From IMG/VR virus record IMGVR_UViG_3300025030_000042: DNA of 64,000 bases. The stretch is one strand, 5' to 3'. The stretch is from a virus (lineage: Duplodnaviria; Caudoviricetes). The translations under genes were made by a program, and so were the position numbers. Below are positions 1 through 12,400 of this stretch, piece by piece (the first letter of the stretch is position 1; every line of letters starts with the position of its first letter). The notes beneath the pieces are model-generated. The model saw nothing but the letters and a program-made list of their open reading frames with translations, was not told where the DNA came from and did no database searches.

Positions 1-2414
1 TCTATATATGTTGCCGAAGTTGCTTTTTGAGGAGTAACCTGGTTAATATCTGTATATACTGTTTTTATTAGTTTGCCAGAAAAATCCTTATAACTACTTG
101 GTTTTACTTCAGTTCTATATATTTGATATATTGTATTATGATCATCTGTAGTGTATTTTATTTTTTCTTTATCGTCAAGATTTTTTGCCTTTCTTATTTC
201 ATTTATTTTTTCTTTATCCCCGTCTTCAATCTCTATTGGATCCAAAAAATATTCACCGGTATTTGAGCGAAGCATAAATATCAACCGATCATTAACGGCG
301 CGATAAGGAACAATATCTATTTCCGGGAAAACGGGCGGATCGTCAATAACAGCGCCAACAAATGAATAATATGGAACTTCTACTAAAATAATATGCGGTG
401 CTTGTGTTACCAGAAACGAAGCCAGTTCACCATTTGTTTCAACATTGGTATAACTATATTTATTTCCAACGACCGCTTGATACGCATAAATGTTATATGT
501 ATACTCTTTATTATATTTAACTTGTGTATCAATAAATTCAACAACATCTATTTCATTGCTGTTTGGAAAATAAAAGTTTTGCAATACTTGATTTCCGGAA
601 GATTTTTCCACCCTATAAAGAACGGTTTCTGAATATGCTATCTTTCCTTTTAAAATCTCTTCATATGTTCTAAATCTTTCCTTTATAAGTTTTCGTAACT
701 TTCCAACAAATATTATCTTTAATATATTGCGAAAAAACTTATTATTCGCATTATTTATAAAGTTTTCATCATTCTTTCCCAAAAAGACTGAAATATCTTG
801 ATTTGAAGAAAAAATGTTTGACGCTCCCGAAACGATTTCATCTTGATCATCAATCTGTTTTAAAAGTCCCGATATATCCCATACACGACGATCATTTTTT
901 TGAAATGAAAAAGACTTCTTGATATTTTCTCCATCAACCGTTTTAAATATTTCAAGTAATTCTTTTGCTTCTATAACTTTATTAAAATCGGGCTTTTCTA
1001 TATCATTGATGCCGGCGACAACTTTGTTTAACACTAAAGAACTCAAGTTCGTATCCTTTAAGATTTGTGCAAAAACGGTTGTTCTGTCGGTTGAAAAAGA
1101 AATATTCGTAAACATAGGAAATAAATATTTCTTATCATTAAAGTTTTTCAAAAGTTCAATATTTGAAAGTGGAACAATGATATTTGTATTTTTTCTTAAA
1201 AGTATATTCAATCTATCAACCTTGCTGGTTCTTATTCTTTCTTCTGCTTCTCTATTACCAGATCTCTTTATTTTTTTATATTCTCGCGCAAATCTTGAAT
1301 AGTAATCGCTTTGAATATTTGAGTTTATTTCTTTTAGATTTATAGTTCCCGCCAACGATATTAAATCTTGAAACTCTATTTTATTTGATTCCTGACTTAA
1401 TTCTGACATCATTGTGTATAGATTTGGTATAAGGGGTTCTGGAATATCAGATAAAATCTTTTCATAATCTTCAATATAAAAATTATAATCCGTTTCAATG
1501 TCGGCGCTAATAGGATTATTTATTCCAGAATATCTCATTAACTCTTTTTTAGAAAATGGTATTGGTAGTTCAAAACAAAAATCTACATATTCAATACCTT
1601 GTTGTATTGCTGGAGGAAATATTTCTCCATTTTGCCCCGTTCCACCTTTTACAAACACTTCCCATAAATTTTCATTAAAAACAAAATCATATTCTCCATT
1701 TTGATTTAAAAACGAAGACGCATTCACTACCGCTCGAGATTCAAATACGGGAGAAGCATTATTGTTATTTGTATTATTATTTGAACTTCTTTTTTCAGTT
1801 CTTAAAAATCTATTTTTTTGTGCCTGGATTAAAATCCATTGCTGTGTTCCAAAAAATACATCTTCTTGAGTTTGTATTTTACTTTTAAATAAACTATCAA
1901 GTTGTGTATTTATTTTGTCTTTTAATATTCCAACTTTTTCAATATTTTGAGGCTTAACTATTCCTTTGCCAGTAAAGTTATAATCAAGTATTTTAAAAGA
2001 ACTTCCTTGTTCGGTATTCAGATATATTAAATGTTTATCATCATCCGTGACCGTCCAATATTTACCAGCAAATATTCTAAATAAATCAATAATCGTATTA
2101 TTTCCAGCACCAACAGTTACACCCGCCATGCGATCCTTTAAAGGAGGACCGAACGATTCATTGTTGATTACATATATTTTTTTTCCTATTGCCGATGCTT
2201 TATCGCTTATTGATAACTCTGATTTGAGTAGTTTTATTTCTCCCATCTTAACATATGAGGTTGTTTCAAGTTTTATTTTTTCATCTACAAGTCTTTCAAC
2301 GATTTCATCTTGAGATGGTATTAAACTAATAGTGTTTATATATGTCTTTTTAGGATCTCCTGAAACAACAGAAACCGCAACATTTCTTGATTTTGTTTTA
2401 TTCTCACAAGACAT
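1..2414 (-). CDS. Large hypothetical virion-module protein (runs off the left edge, >800 aa)
   Basis: Not in the ORF track. Manual translation from ATG at 2414 (TAATG overlap with the upstream stop) reads MSCENKTKSRNVAVSVVSGDPKK... with no stop through position 1. Lies in the structural gene run. Confidence 0.75.
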   Translation of the reverse strand, partial: MSCENKTKSRNVAVSVVSGDPKKTYINTISLIPSQDEIVERLVDEKIKLETTSYVKMGEIKLLKSELSISDKASAIGKKIYVINNESFGPPLKDRMAGVTVGAGNNTIIDLFRIFAGKYWTVTDDDKHLIYLNTEQGSSFKILDYNFTGKGIVKPQNIEKVGILKDKINTQLDSLFKSKIQTQEDVFFGTQQWILIQAQKNRFLRTEKRSSNNNTNNNNASPVFESRAVVNASSFLNQNGEYDFVFNENLWEVFVKGGTGQNGEIFPPAIQQGIEYVDFCFELPIPFSKKELMRYSGINNPISADIETDYNFYIEDYEKILSDIPEPLIPNLYTMMSELSQESNKIEFQDLISLAGTINLKEINSNIQSDYYSRFAREYKKIKRSGNREAEERIRTSKVDRLNILLRKNTNIIVPLSNIELLKNFNDKKYLFPMFTNISFSTDRTTVFAQILKDTNLSSLVLNKVVAGINDIEKPDFNKVIEAKELLEIFKTVDGENIKKSFSFQKNDRRVWDISGLLKQIDDQDEIVSGASNIFSSNQDISVFLGKNDENFINNANNKFFRNILKIIFVGKLRKLIKERFRTYEEILKGKIAYSETVLYRVEKSSGNQVLQNFYFPNSNEIDVVEFIDTQVKYNKEYTYNIYAYQAVVGNKYSYTNVETNGELASFLVTQAPHIILVEVPYYSFVGAVIDDPPVFPEIDIVPYRAVNDRLIFMLRSNTGEYFLDPIEIEDGDKEKINEIRKAKNLDDKEKIKYTTDDHNTIYQIYRTEVKPSSYKDFSGKLIKTVYTDINQVTPQKATSATYI

Positions 2415-5400
2415 TAGAACTTAAACCTCCTAGAATCATTAACAATAAACGCATTGGTAGTAGGAGTTGTTGTTTCTATTTGTGTTGCGTCAGTTTCTTT
2501 TGGTTTTCCTATTGGTTGTGTTGTATAATACTCTCCCTCAAGCATTTTATATTCTTTTTCTTTATTTGATAAATCTTCGGTTATTTCCGTTATTTTAGTT
2601 ACAACTGTTATTTGTGGAGATTCTTCTGGTATTATATCGTGTGGACTTAAAATAAAATACTCATTATATATCATAAGTTTAAGATCTTTTGGTTGTGTAA
2701 CTTGAAACTCTGGATTATTATATGGTTTTAATCTACATAAAATATTTTTATCTTTTGTCATATTAAATAATGCCGGCGTCATCTTCTTCCAAATCGGTAT
2801 TTTTACATACGCCTCTGTTTCATTTTTTTCAAACCCAGTCAATACCTCTATTGTTTGTAACATATTATATTTATAGTTATAAAGTGGTTTTAAGAAAGGA
2901 TTTGCTTTTATATCAACCGCTTGAGATAACGCTTTCTCGTTTATATTTTCTGGTGTTGCTAATCCGACCATCAATGATTTTATTTGATTTGGAAGTTCAA
3001 CTATCTTATTTTGAGATTTATTCTCTAAAATATGAAAAGGTTCGTTGATATTATAAAACTTTATTTCTTCTTCTTTTTTGTTTTCAAAAGTAACGAAATC
3101 ATCTGTCAACATCAAAAATAAAGAAGAATTTGAAGTTTCTTTTATTTCTTGATTTGATGTTTCAAGATTGTTAATAACTGGATTATCTTGTTTTGTTTGT
3201 GTTTCAAAAGTTGAGTTAACGCCAAAAACATCGGCAGTTGAAGTTGTTTTCTCTTTTGAAACTTGTTCTCGTTCGCTTTCAATAACCAATCCTCTTTCTG
3301 AAACTGTTGATAATAAATTAGAACGAGTCTTTTGTTGCGTAGTGTTCACTTTCGTATTATTGTTGCTTGTATTAAATGTTCCTTGAATGGGAAGAAAGGG
3401 AGATTTTCTCAAAGCATTAAATCTTGTTACTGTTGAAGAAATTTGTTGATATTGTTGAGTATTATTTTCTATTCCATTCGTGAGAGTAACTTTTTGATCT
3501 CCCAAATTAACCATAGTTGGAGATAAATATGTATATTTTGAGTTAGCCAGCGAATCATCTACAGTATATTCTTTGATTTGTGATTTTAGATTTATATTTA
3601 TATCTTCAGATTTAAAATATTTTAATGTTTCTATTTTCGTTCTTTCTTCAAACTTTAATCCAGAAATAACAACTAGTCCATCGTTATTTTCTGTTTCTAT
3701 TTTTCCCTCAAGGGTAAGAAAATCATATCCAACATTTTTGGGTATATCGGAATCAAATATCTTTGTAAATGTATTTGATATTTCAATACTTTTTAGTGTT
3801 TGACTAAAGTTTCCGCCACCATCGTCTTGTTTTTGTCCAGACGTTCTTCTTTTTTCCGTTCCAGCAACCGAAACCTTGGCGATGCTTAAAATCTGATTGA
3901 CACTATCTTTAATAATATTGATCACCTTCAATATCGTATCTAAAGTAGCGGTTTTAGGATTTACATAATAGAACAATAGTTTTTGAAAATCACTAAAATC
4001 AGTTTTTTGAGAAAAGAACAACATCGTTTCAATGAAGATTGAAATCGAACTTATCCAAGGAGATTCTTTATTAGATTTATTTGATAAAGTATTTATAAAC
4101 TTATTATTTAATCTATTTTTATCATAATCATAGTTATACAAACATTGATTGTAATATTTTTGTAAATCATTTATCTGTTTTGAAAGTTTATTTGCTTGTT
4201 CTCTTAAAAATAACGGTGTTTTATCTTCTATCTGTAAAATAACTTCATATTGATATAGACCAAAAGTTATATCAGAAGCAAACTTATCCATACCAGTAAA
4301 ATATCTCATTCCTAAAATATCGGTATCTTCCAAAGAAATATTTATTTCCCGTAACGTGCCAACACTAGAAGCTCTGGTTATAAAGTTTTGTGGCTCTTTT
4401 TCTCCGGACATAATCACATTTTCTGGAGGATCTTCTGTATTAAAAACTTTACCGATATATCCTTCTATTGAATCACTTTTAACTCGTATTCTTCTAATCA
4501 CCATTTGTGATATTCTAACATACTTCAATAAATCTAAAACATTTGAAGTGAAAATACTTCCAAACTGTGTTTTTTCACGAACCATTTGTAAAAAGTTAAT
4601 CGCAAATAGAAATCTTACATCCCCATTTTTATCTCTTGAAATGGACGCTTCTGAAAAATAAGAAGTATTAGATAGATTTATAATCTTTTGACCATTTATT
4701 TTATTTATAATATTATTTATTTGCTGGGTATATGGTGTTATATCAAATTCAATCTGTTCAAGTTCATTTGAAGTTCTTGAATCTTGAACCTTATTGTTTG
4801 AAACTGTAATCAGTTGTAATATTTCTTCATTTTTTTGAACATCTTTATATTTTGCCCAGTTACCTTGTTGAGTTTGATGAACATCTCCTACCCAAATATT
4901 ATTTTGTTCATCTACGAAAACAAACGCTCGTGAGTTTAAAATATAATCATCAAATATCAACTCTGAAGCAGTTTTTCCATACATATTATCTTCATTATTG
5001 AGATCAAGGTTCATTTCTTTCGCAAGCTCTTTAATATCAATATAACTTACAGCAAAATACGAAAGATGTTGTGGATTTTCATTGTTTAAAGTAAAGTTTG
5101 TATTTAAGGTGATATCATAGATTTTGTTTCCATTATCATCTACGCTTGAATCTATTTGATTTAACTTTGATTTTTTAACAACATCAGAAACAGAAATCAG
5201 ATTTTGTTTAATATTTTTGTCATTATATAAATCTTTATTTGTAATAATATTTTTTATAAAACTATTCGTTATTTCTTTATCTAAACTTTGAAATACGATA
5301 ACTTTTAAATATTTCACAAAGTTTATATTTTCAAACCAAGTAGAAACTAATCCATCATCCAACTTCTCCTTTATAACAAGTTGTATATTTACAAATAACT

Positions 5401-5617
5401 TTTTAGAAGAGTTCTTTGTTTTTCTTTCCAAGAATGCTGGAATAGATTCTCTTTTTAGTTTTCCCGTTTTCGGATCTCGTATAACATTCGGTTCTCTTTC
5501 GGAATCAATATGAGGATTTATTTCTTGATACTCCATTCCAGAAGATTCTAAAGAAATATTCTTAAAATATACATTCGGCAATATTGAGTCAAAAAATGAT
5601 TTATTATCTATTGCCAT
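2414..5617 (-). CDS. Hypothetical virion structural protein, 1067 aa
   Basis: Long ORF co-oriented with and coupled to baseplate genes; no recognisable catalytic motif. Confidence 0.7.
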   Translation of the reverse strand: MAIDNKSFFDSILPNVYFKNISLESSGMEYQEINPHIDSEREPNVIRDPKTGKLKRESIPAFLERKTKNSSKKLFVNIQLVIKEKLDDGLVSTWFENINFVKYLKVIVFQSLDKEITNSFIKNIITNKDLYNDKNIKQNLISVSDVVKKSKLNQIDSSVDDNGNKIYDITLNTNFTLNNENPQHLSYFAVSYIDIKELAKEMNLDLNNEDNMYGKTASELIFDDYILNSRAFVFVDEQNNIWVGDVHQTQQGNWAKYKDVQKNEEILQLITVSNNKVQDSRTSNELEQIEFDITPYTQQINNIINKINGQKIINLSNTSYFSEASISRDKNGDVRFLFAINFLQMVREKTQFGSIFTSNVLDLLKYVRISQMVIRRIRVKSDSIEGYIGKVFNTEDPPENVIMSGEKEPQNFITRASSVGTLREINISLEDTDILGMRYFTGMDKFASDITFGLYQYEVILQIEDKTPLFLREQANKLSKQINDLQKYYNQCLYNYDYDKNRLNNKFINTLSNKSNKESPWISSISIFIETMLFFSQKTDFSDFQKLLFYYVNPKTATLDTILKVINIIKDSVNQILSIAKVSVAGTEKRRTSGQKQDDGGGNFSQTLKSIEISNTFTKIFDSDIPKNVGYDFLTLEGKIETENNDGLVVISGLKFEERTKIETLKYFKSEDININLKSQIKEYTVDDSLANSKYTYLSPTMVNLGDQKVTLTNGIENNTQQYQQISSTVTRFNALRKSPFLPIQGTFNTSNNNTKVNTTQQKTRSNLLSTVSERGLVIESEREQVSKEKTTSTADVFGVNSTFETQTKQDNPVINNLETSNQEIKETSNSSLFLMLTDDFVTFENKKEEEIKFYNINEPFHILENKSQNKIVELPNQIKSLMVGLATPENINEKALSQAVDIKANPFLKPLYNYKYNMLQTIEVLTGFEKNETEAYVKIPIWKKMTPALFNMTKDKNILCRLKPYNNPEFQVTQPKDLKLMIYNEYFILSPHDIIPEESPQITVVTKITEITEDLSNKEKEYKMLEGEYYTTQPIGKPKETDATQIETTTPTTNAFIVNDSRRFKF

Positions 5618-5622
5618 TTATA

Positions 5623-6495
5623 TTAACATTCCTTTTTATTTGGCATTATTGGAGTTTGTGTAATATCTCTTACAACATCTTCTGTTTCGTCGCATATATC
5701 TATGTTATCTGAAAATATATCTTTTTTATTGGCGCTTGATAAATGTTTACACATAATACTTTTATCTATTTCATTATCCACCAAAACATCCAAATAATAT
5801 CCAACTTTTTGTGATTCTTTATCGGTCTCAAAAAACAATGGTGTCTGTTTAATCTCTTTTCTGTGCGGAGGGATTTTAGATTTTTTAACTTCTTCTATTT
5901 TATAGACTTCTATATCAAAGTTATCGTTCAAAAATCTTGTATTTTCTTCCGTCACCTCTAATAATATATAATCTTCTTTCACGGAAATCATTGTTCCATC
6001 TGGAAATATTTTATTTGGATTTGTGAACTCCACATTATTTCCAACATATGTAATATATTCCACAGAAGAACTTAACTGCGGTATTCTTAAAGATTGATTA
6101 GAACCGGTTAAATATTCTACCGATCCAGATAAACTACCGTTTAAATATTTAATGTTCCACGATGGAATATATGAAGTGTTTAAATATGAATTTCCTAATA
6201 AGTTACTATATAAAAACCCTTTATCTCTTGTATTTTGATATTCTTCTCCTCTTTTAACATTTGTTTCAATACCATCAACATTCGGTTGAATATCGTTATA
6301 AGGAGTATTCTCTTTTATTCTCGTTTGAATATCGTTTTGATGTTCTATTAATCCAGCATACGCTCCATCATATATAACATCGTCGTCCATAAAAGCGTAA
6401 TATTCTGGCTTAAACTTGCCTTTGGACAAAAGTTTCTTTCCAAAAGAAGTTAATTCTATTGATATCACCCTTTCTTTTGGGTCAATAAATGACAT
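5623..6495 (-). CDS. Putative baseplate/tail-fibre attachment protein, 290 aa
   Basis: N-terminus IELTSFGKKLLSKGKFKPEYYAFMDDDVIYD resembles the T-x-x-G-x-x-L-L...F-x-D start of tail-collar/fibre-anchoring proteins; directly downstream of the giant baseplate protein. Confidence 0.5.
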   Translation of the reverse strand: MSFIDPKERVISIELTSFGKKLLSKGKFKPEYYAFMDDDVIYDGAYAGLIEHQNDIQTRIKENTPYNDIQPNVDGIETNVKRGEEYQNTRDKGFLYSNLLGNSYLNTSYIPSWNIKYLNGSLSGSVEYLTGSNQSLRIPQLSSSVEYITYVGNNVEFTNPNKIFPDGTMISVKEDYILLEVTEENTRFLNDNFDIEVYKIEEVKKSKIPPHRKEIKQTPLFFETDKESQKVGYYLDVLVDNEIDKSIMCKHLSSANKKDIFSDNIDICDETEDVVRDITQTPIMPNKKEC

Positions 6496-9400
6496 TATTT
6501 ATCTTCTACATCCTTTTTATCTTTTATTGCTAAAGTTGCATCCATTTTTACTAATTCAACCAAAGAAAAGAAATCGTATGGCCAGTTATAACTATAGTCT
6601 GGCTCTACTGCTTTAGAAGCACCTCGACCGCCGCCAATATTAAAATTAAACTTAAATCGATCGTCGTCAAATGAATCGGCGGTTTTAGCAAAATAGTTCC
6701 ATTGTGCTTTTTCTTTAACCTTAAATACCATCCATTGTAGTTTATCTGAAAATGTTCCTTTCAAGAGTTCATTTGATAATAATTTATGAGAAATAGAAAC
6801 CTCTTTTTGTTCTACTTTAACTCCGATTTCTGGTTGAAGGTTTTGCCAAATATCTGCCAAATCTTGTTTTGTAAGTTTGTGTTCAAACTCAAATATATAC
6901 ATAGCAAACGGTCTTATATTCTTATTTTTTATGAAGTCCATTTTAGGAGGAAATACATATTTCTTCATTTTTTCTACCATATCAACAATAGTATCTCCAA
7001 CTTGTTTTTCATTTTCTTTTTTCTGTCTTTTATTTAACGCCAAATCTATTTCTCTTCTACTAATACTGAAAAACTTTTTATTTCCGTTAACCACAACAAA
7101 TGGAACAGCAACGACCGCTTCTTTAATAACTTTCTCGTCAGCTATTCTACCAAGTTTTTTCGGAGTTTTATCAAATCCTAGTAAATCTGCCATAGATTTA
7201 ATTTCATATTTTGGACTACTTCCGCCAGCAAAATAAACGTTATGTCCTGTTGTTTTATTTCCTTTTTTATCTGCACCTTCCAATACCCAATAATCCAAAG
7301 AGTTTGTTTCAATAGAAACAACCCTTTTATTTCCCAAAACACCAGCAGCATAATAATCCGGATATGTCATCGCCGATCCGCTGGCGGCACTATATACCTG
7401 ACCATAATCTATAGCCCCAGCATCTTCACGATAAAATGGATCGGAAATCATATGTTGAATTTTTTTATCCAATGTGTCAACAAAAACGATATCTACAGCA
7501 GCAACAACTGAACCAGTAGTAACATTTGTGTCGACAAATGGATTATTTTCATATACCAATCTAGCAGAAGCGCTAACTCTTTGATATAATGGAATACCTC
7601 CTGGATTAGAAGAACCTACTGTAGAATTTGTCGTACTATTAATAGCTGAAACTAGATTTAAAGCTGCATTAAAATTACTAGTACTTACAATAAAATCTCC
7701 ACTCGCAACTCCACCAACCAAACTAGTTCCATCTATAATTATAGTTTTTGAATCTAACTGTAAATGATCTCCTATATAAACAGTTACTTTTGCGTTTTGT
7801 TTTTCCAATTCTACAAGATTTTCAGATCTATTAAACCAAGAACCAATCGCTTTTTGTTGAGTATTTGTATTAGTAACACTAATAGAACTTTTTCCTTCTG
7901 AATTAAGTTTTGAATCTGGAATATCATTAATGCTAAAATATATTCCTTCGGAACCAGTTATAATATCACCATATTGATGCCACATTCCCCGCGATAATGA
8001 ACCGGTTCCGGAGTTTTCAGAAGGTGCTACTGGAGTTTTATTTTTAAAATTTAAAATAGGAGTTTCCCATTTCGGTTGAATAGACCACACTATTTCACTG
8101 TTTGTTGGATCATCTTCAACTAATATTGGTTCATATTCTTCTGATTTTCCTTTTCCATAGGTGACTTTTTTGACTTTTGTTTTTCCAAGTAAATTAACAG
8201 AAGCACTTAACATCATCCAATTATTTGATGCTGAAATAAATGTAGAAACTAAATCCGAAACGCCCAATGAATTTATAGTAATACCAACTTCATCATCGCG
8301 AGCATTCACTGTTTTATTAAATGCGCTTTTATCTAAATGCGCCAATGTTGTCCAATCCATAATATTGTCGGTTAAATAAACACCACAAACTCCATTTCTT
8401 TCTGTTGGCATTCTCGTATAAGACATAGTTAAATGTGATTGAATTTCATCTATTGTGTATTTTCCAGCACCTTTATATGGATAAAATAAAAGTCTAGCAG
8501 ATCCATATCCATTAAAATATGAAGGCGTAAATGGTTCATATGAATGATGATATGAAACAATTGTGTTTGAAGCAGTAAAATAATGATGCGGAAATACCCA
8601 GGGTGGTCCGAATGCTGAATTTCTATCATACATTTTAGTGTGAGTTCCCTTTAAATCATCCCAATCGGAACCACTAACTTTAAATGTCTTAGAATCTAAA
8701 TAAGAAAACTCTTTCGATGAACGCCTTTCATGATAATCCGTCAAACTTTTAATTTGACCATTGTAAACAGTTACATCCATCCCAAAAAATGATTTAGAAT
8801 CTTCTTCTTTTACTATAATTCCTTCTTGTGGTATAGGTTTAGAAGTAAAAGTAGTAAAGTTTTCATTTTCCAAAAAGAAATCTGGGACTTCTGCTAAAAA
8901 GTTGTGTATAGCGAGTTTATATTTTTGTGATCCTTTGCCTCCCCAAAAGGCAGCTTGATTTGTGGCAGCATCGTTAAATTTTGTTCTTAAAGAAGCAGAA
9001 TGATCTGGTTCCATATCCCAAATCATTTTTTTTGAAATATAATTTTCTGGAGTTACCAACCCTTCAAACGGAATTCTTGAAGAAAATGGACTTGCTAAAA
9101 CCGTTTGCCATTCTACTTTATCATCACTACCAGTAGGATTCACGCCGATTAAACCATATACCTGATCATTAAGCAATAAAGAAGCATCATTTCCATCTAT
9201 TACCCATTGATTCGCCCGAGCGTTGGTGGGAATTCCATAAACACCTCGTGATGTTCTAGAACTAGTTAAATACGGCTCTAATCCATAAGATAAAGCATCT
9301 TCACTACCAACACCTGACTTAAAATCTTCCATAATGTTCGGAGGAATATTTCCATCATATATTGGAAAATCAACTGCTATTCCAGATTTAATGGAATTAT

Positions 9401-12400
9401 ATAAAATCCCTGGTCCAAAAAATGGCGCCAGAAATGCTCGCCAACTTCCAGTAGAAGCACTTCTATTACCATAACCCCGAGGGAACACATTATCACCATA
9501 GGATTGTGAAAACAAAGTTGCTATTTGTAGAGTTCTATTTTGAGGATAAAATCCCTCATATGGAAGAAATTTTAATAATGCTTTACAAGATAATACAATC
9601 TCATCTATTTTTCCCATATCTTTATGATCGTTGTTAATGATATCAAAATATTTCATAAAATCTGTATGAGAATATGTTTTATAAAAATCATTTTGAGAAC
9701 TATTATCTATAGTAGCGCCAGTTAAATTTAAAAATCCATCATTATCTGAATAAAAGTTTCCTCCTTGTTGATCAACATAATTCGTCATATGTTCGCTTAT
9801 TCTAAACTCTGGAATTATTGAATAATCTTTTCCAATGGATTTTAAACCATCATTATAATCACTATATGATTCGTAAAATGGTTTCTTCCCAGATTCATCT
9901 GGTGCTGACCACTTAGTATCTCCAGCAAAAATCTTGCTACCGGTTAATCTAACTTCAAAGTTAAGCGCTGGAGATATCGCCGACTCTATTAAGACTTTTC
10001 TAATCCACGGAATTCCCGTATATTCCACAGTTCTTCGAGAATATAACGCCCCGACTTGAAAGCTATCTGCCCACGCAGAACTTCTAACTTCTGCTGTCCC
10101 CAATAGAGTATGAGAAGTTATAAAATCATTATAATTCATACCATTTAAAGGTATACTATACCTTGTACTTCCAGAATGGAACATATTCCAAAAACGATTC
10201 GCCCGAGTAGATGTATAATTGGTATCATTATAATCTTTTCCACTGCCATTCATGTTGTCTAATACTACCCAAGATTTACCAAATAAACTGGTATTTGTAT
10301 AATCTCCAAGCGCATCCGTTAATGTCCCAAATCCTCCGCCAAGACGATACCAGTGATCCCAAACACTAGAAGTTCTTGTTAATGTATATAATGATCTTGG
10401 CTTACCATTGTTATAAAGTTCACCAATTTGTGTTGCAGTCATTCCTCCACTTAATAAAGAAAAATCACTCATATATCCTTCATAAGGAAATGATCCGTAT
10501 GAAGAACTAGCAATGCACGATCCGGTAGAAGATATCGTTACCGAGCCAGTTCCAGCGCCCCAAATATCTGAAGTTACTTCGGAACCATTTACATAAAACT
10601 TCACTCGGGTTGCCATTGCGTTCGCCAAATCTACAACAGTAACAACATGATACCAAGTACCATCATTTATTTCTGTTTGTGTTCTCCACTGACTATTATT
10701 GCTTCCACTAAAACCAAGATATCTTGTATTTACCGCAGAGCCAGTCTCAAGATAAAAGACGTAGTTATCTGCCCCCATAGATAATATTGTTTGGCGAGCA
10801 GGTTGTTGTGAAGTAGAACCAGAAAAACTTGACGTAAGATTTATCCAAGCAGAAACAGTAAAATCATTTGGAAACGTTGAACCTTGAGAACCAAAAAAAC
10901 TATTACCAGCGCCAAGATACACACCCTCTTTATAATAATTTATTCCTAACGTCTGTGCTGAAGGCTCTGATGTTCTAGCGTTTGATTCAGAAACAAAATT
11001 AAATCTCACCACTGCCGGATTTGTATTTCCGGGAAGAGAGGGTTGTTTATTATAATCCGGATTACCTCCAAAAAATGTCGTATAATTATTTTGAAGTTCT
11101 CCCTCTCCACCACTCGAACCAGTTACGACATTCGCCGTTTCATAACTATTTCTTCCATCTAGCGACCACTTGCTTTGATTTACCGTAAATCCTTGAGAGT
11201 TTTGAACATTTGTTTGATGTCTTTGTCCTCTATTTTCGTTCCAAATATCAAAACTATAGTTTTCCCTTTGTCTAACTTTAGAAAGATAGGTATTTATTTC
11301 TCTGGGAAATAGAGTTTCAGAATACTTTAAAAAGTTAAACTTATTGATGGGATTATTTACATCTTCAACACTACGATTGATGTAGTTGTTTACAAGTTTA
11401 TCATAAATCGTAAACTTATTATTTAGTTTGATACGATTTGATAAATCATCGTTGGCAAATGATGATATCTCTCCGGCATATGGATATTTTATTGTTATAT
11501 TTTCTTCTTTATTGTTCTCGCCCAAAATAACAAACTGCTGAACGATTGGCTTATATTTTGAAGTTATTGAAGGTTCCGTATAAGAAACCAACTTTGAACC
11601 TCGTTTTTCTACGACCGTTTGTTGTCCGCCAGCAACCGAAACAATCAACGGCTGTGGTTTTTCAATAATCGTGATTATATTATTCTTTTTTAGATATCTC
11701 GCCAATGGAGTTTCGCCGGCGCGAATCTGTTTCCACGATGACCAACCATAAGGACCATTTCTTTTGTTTAATAGGGTGTTCAAATATGTAAATCTATTTG
11801 GAACCGAAAGACTTCCAACCGAAAAGAAGCCATCAATAATGTTCGTATTATAGAAACCGTTATTTATGTTATTCCAGTTTACATTCTCACCAAATCCAAG
11901 AAGATGATTTGATGCTGTTATATTTTCATATATATGATAGTTTAAAAATGTAAAGTTATCTGGAATAAAATCTGTCGCAGAATAGAGCGATAGTTCTTGA
12001 GCATCAATATCATAATATCTTGTTCCACCAATAAGAGCAGAACCATTTGAACTGGCACTTATAAATGTGATATCTTCTGATCCCGTTGAAAACCCATACG
12101 GAAGCAAATAATATGAAGAACTTATCCAAGAATAGTTAAACTCATTTCTTGGTATCGCGTGTTGAATAAACAGGTTGTCAAATACAGAAGCGGTTACTAA
12201 AGAATCGTTTGATCCGCTCTGTTTTGGTCTTTCCAATCTGTTTCTGTAAACTTTGTGAAATGACGCCGTTCCTTCATATGTATGTGCCTGAACTCTTCCA
12301 AGTTGACTATCATATCCAAACGGTCCACAATGTCTTGCTGACGCTGTGTTCAAATACTTTCGTATAAAAGGATTTCTATAGTTTAAGCTATTATATGGAG

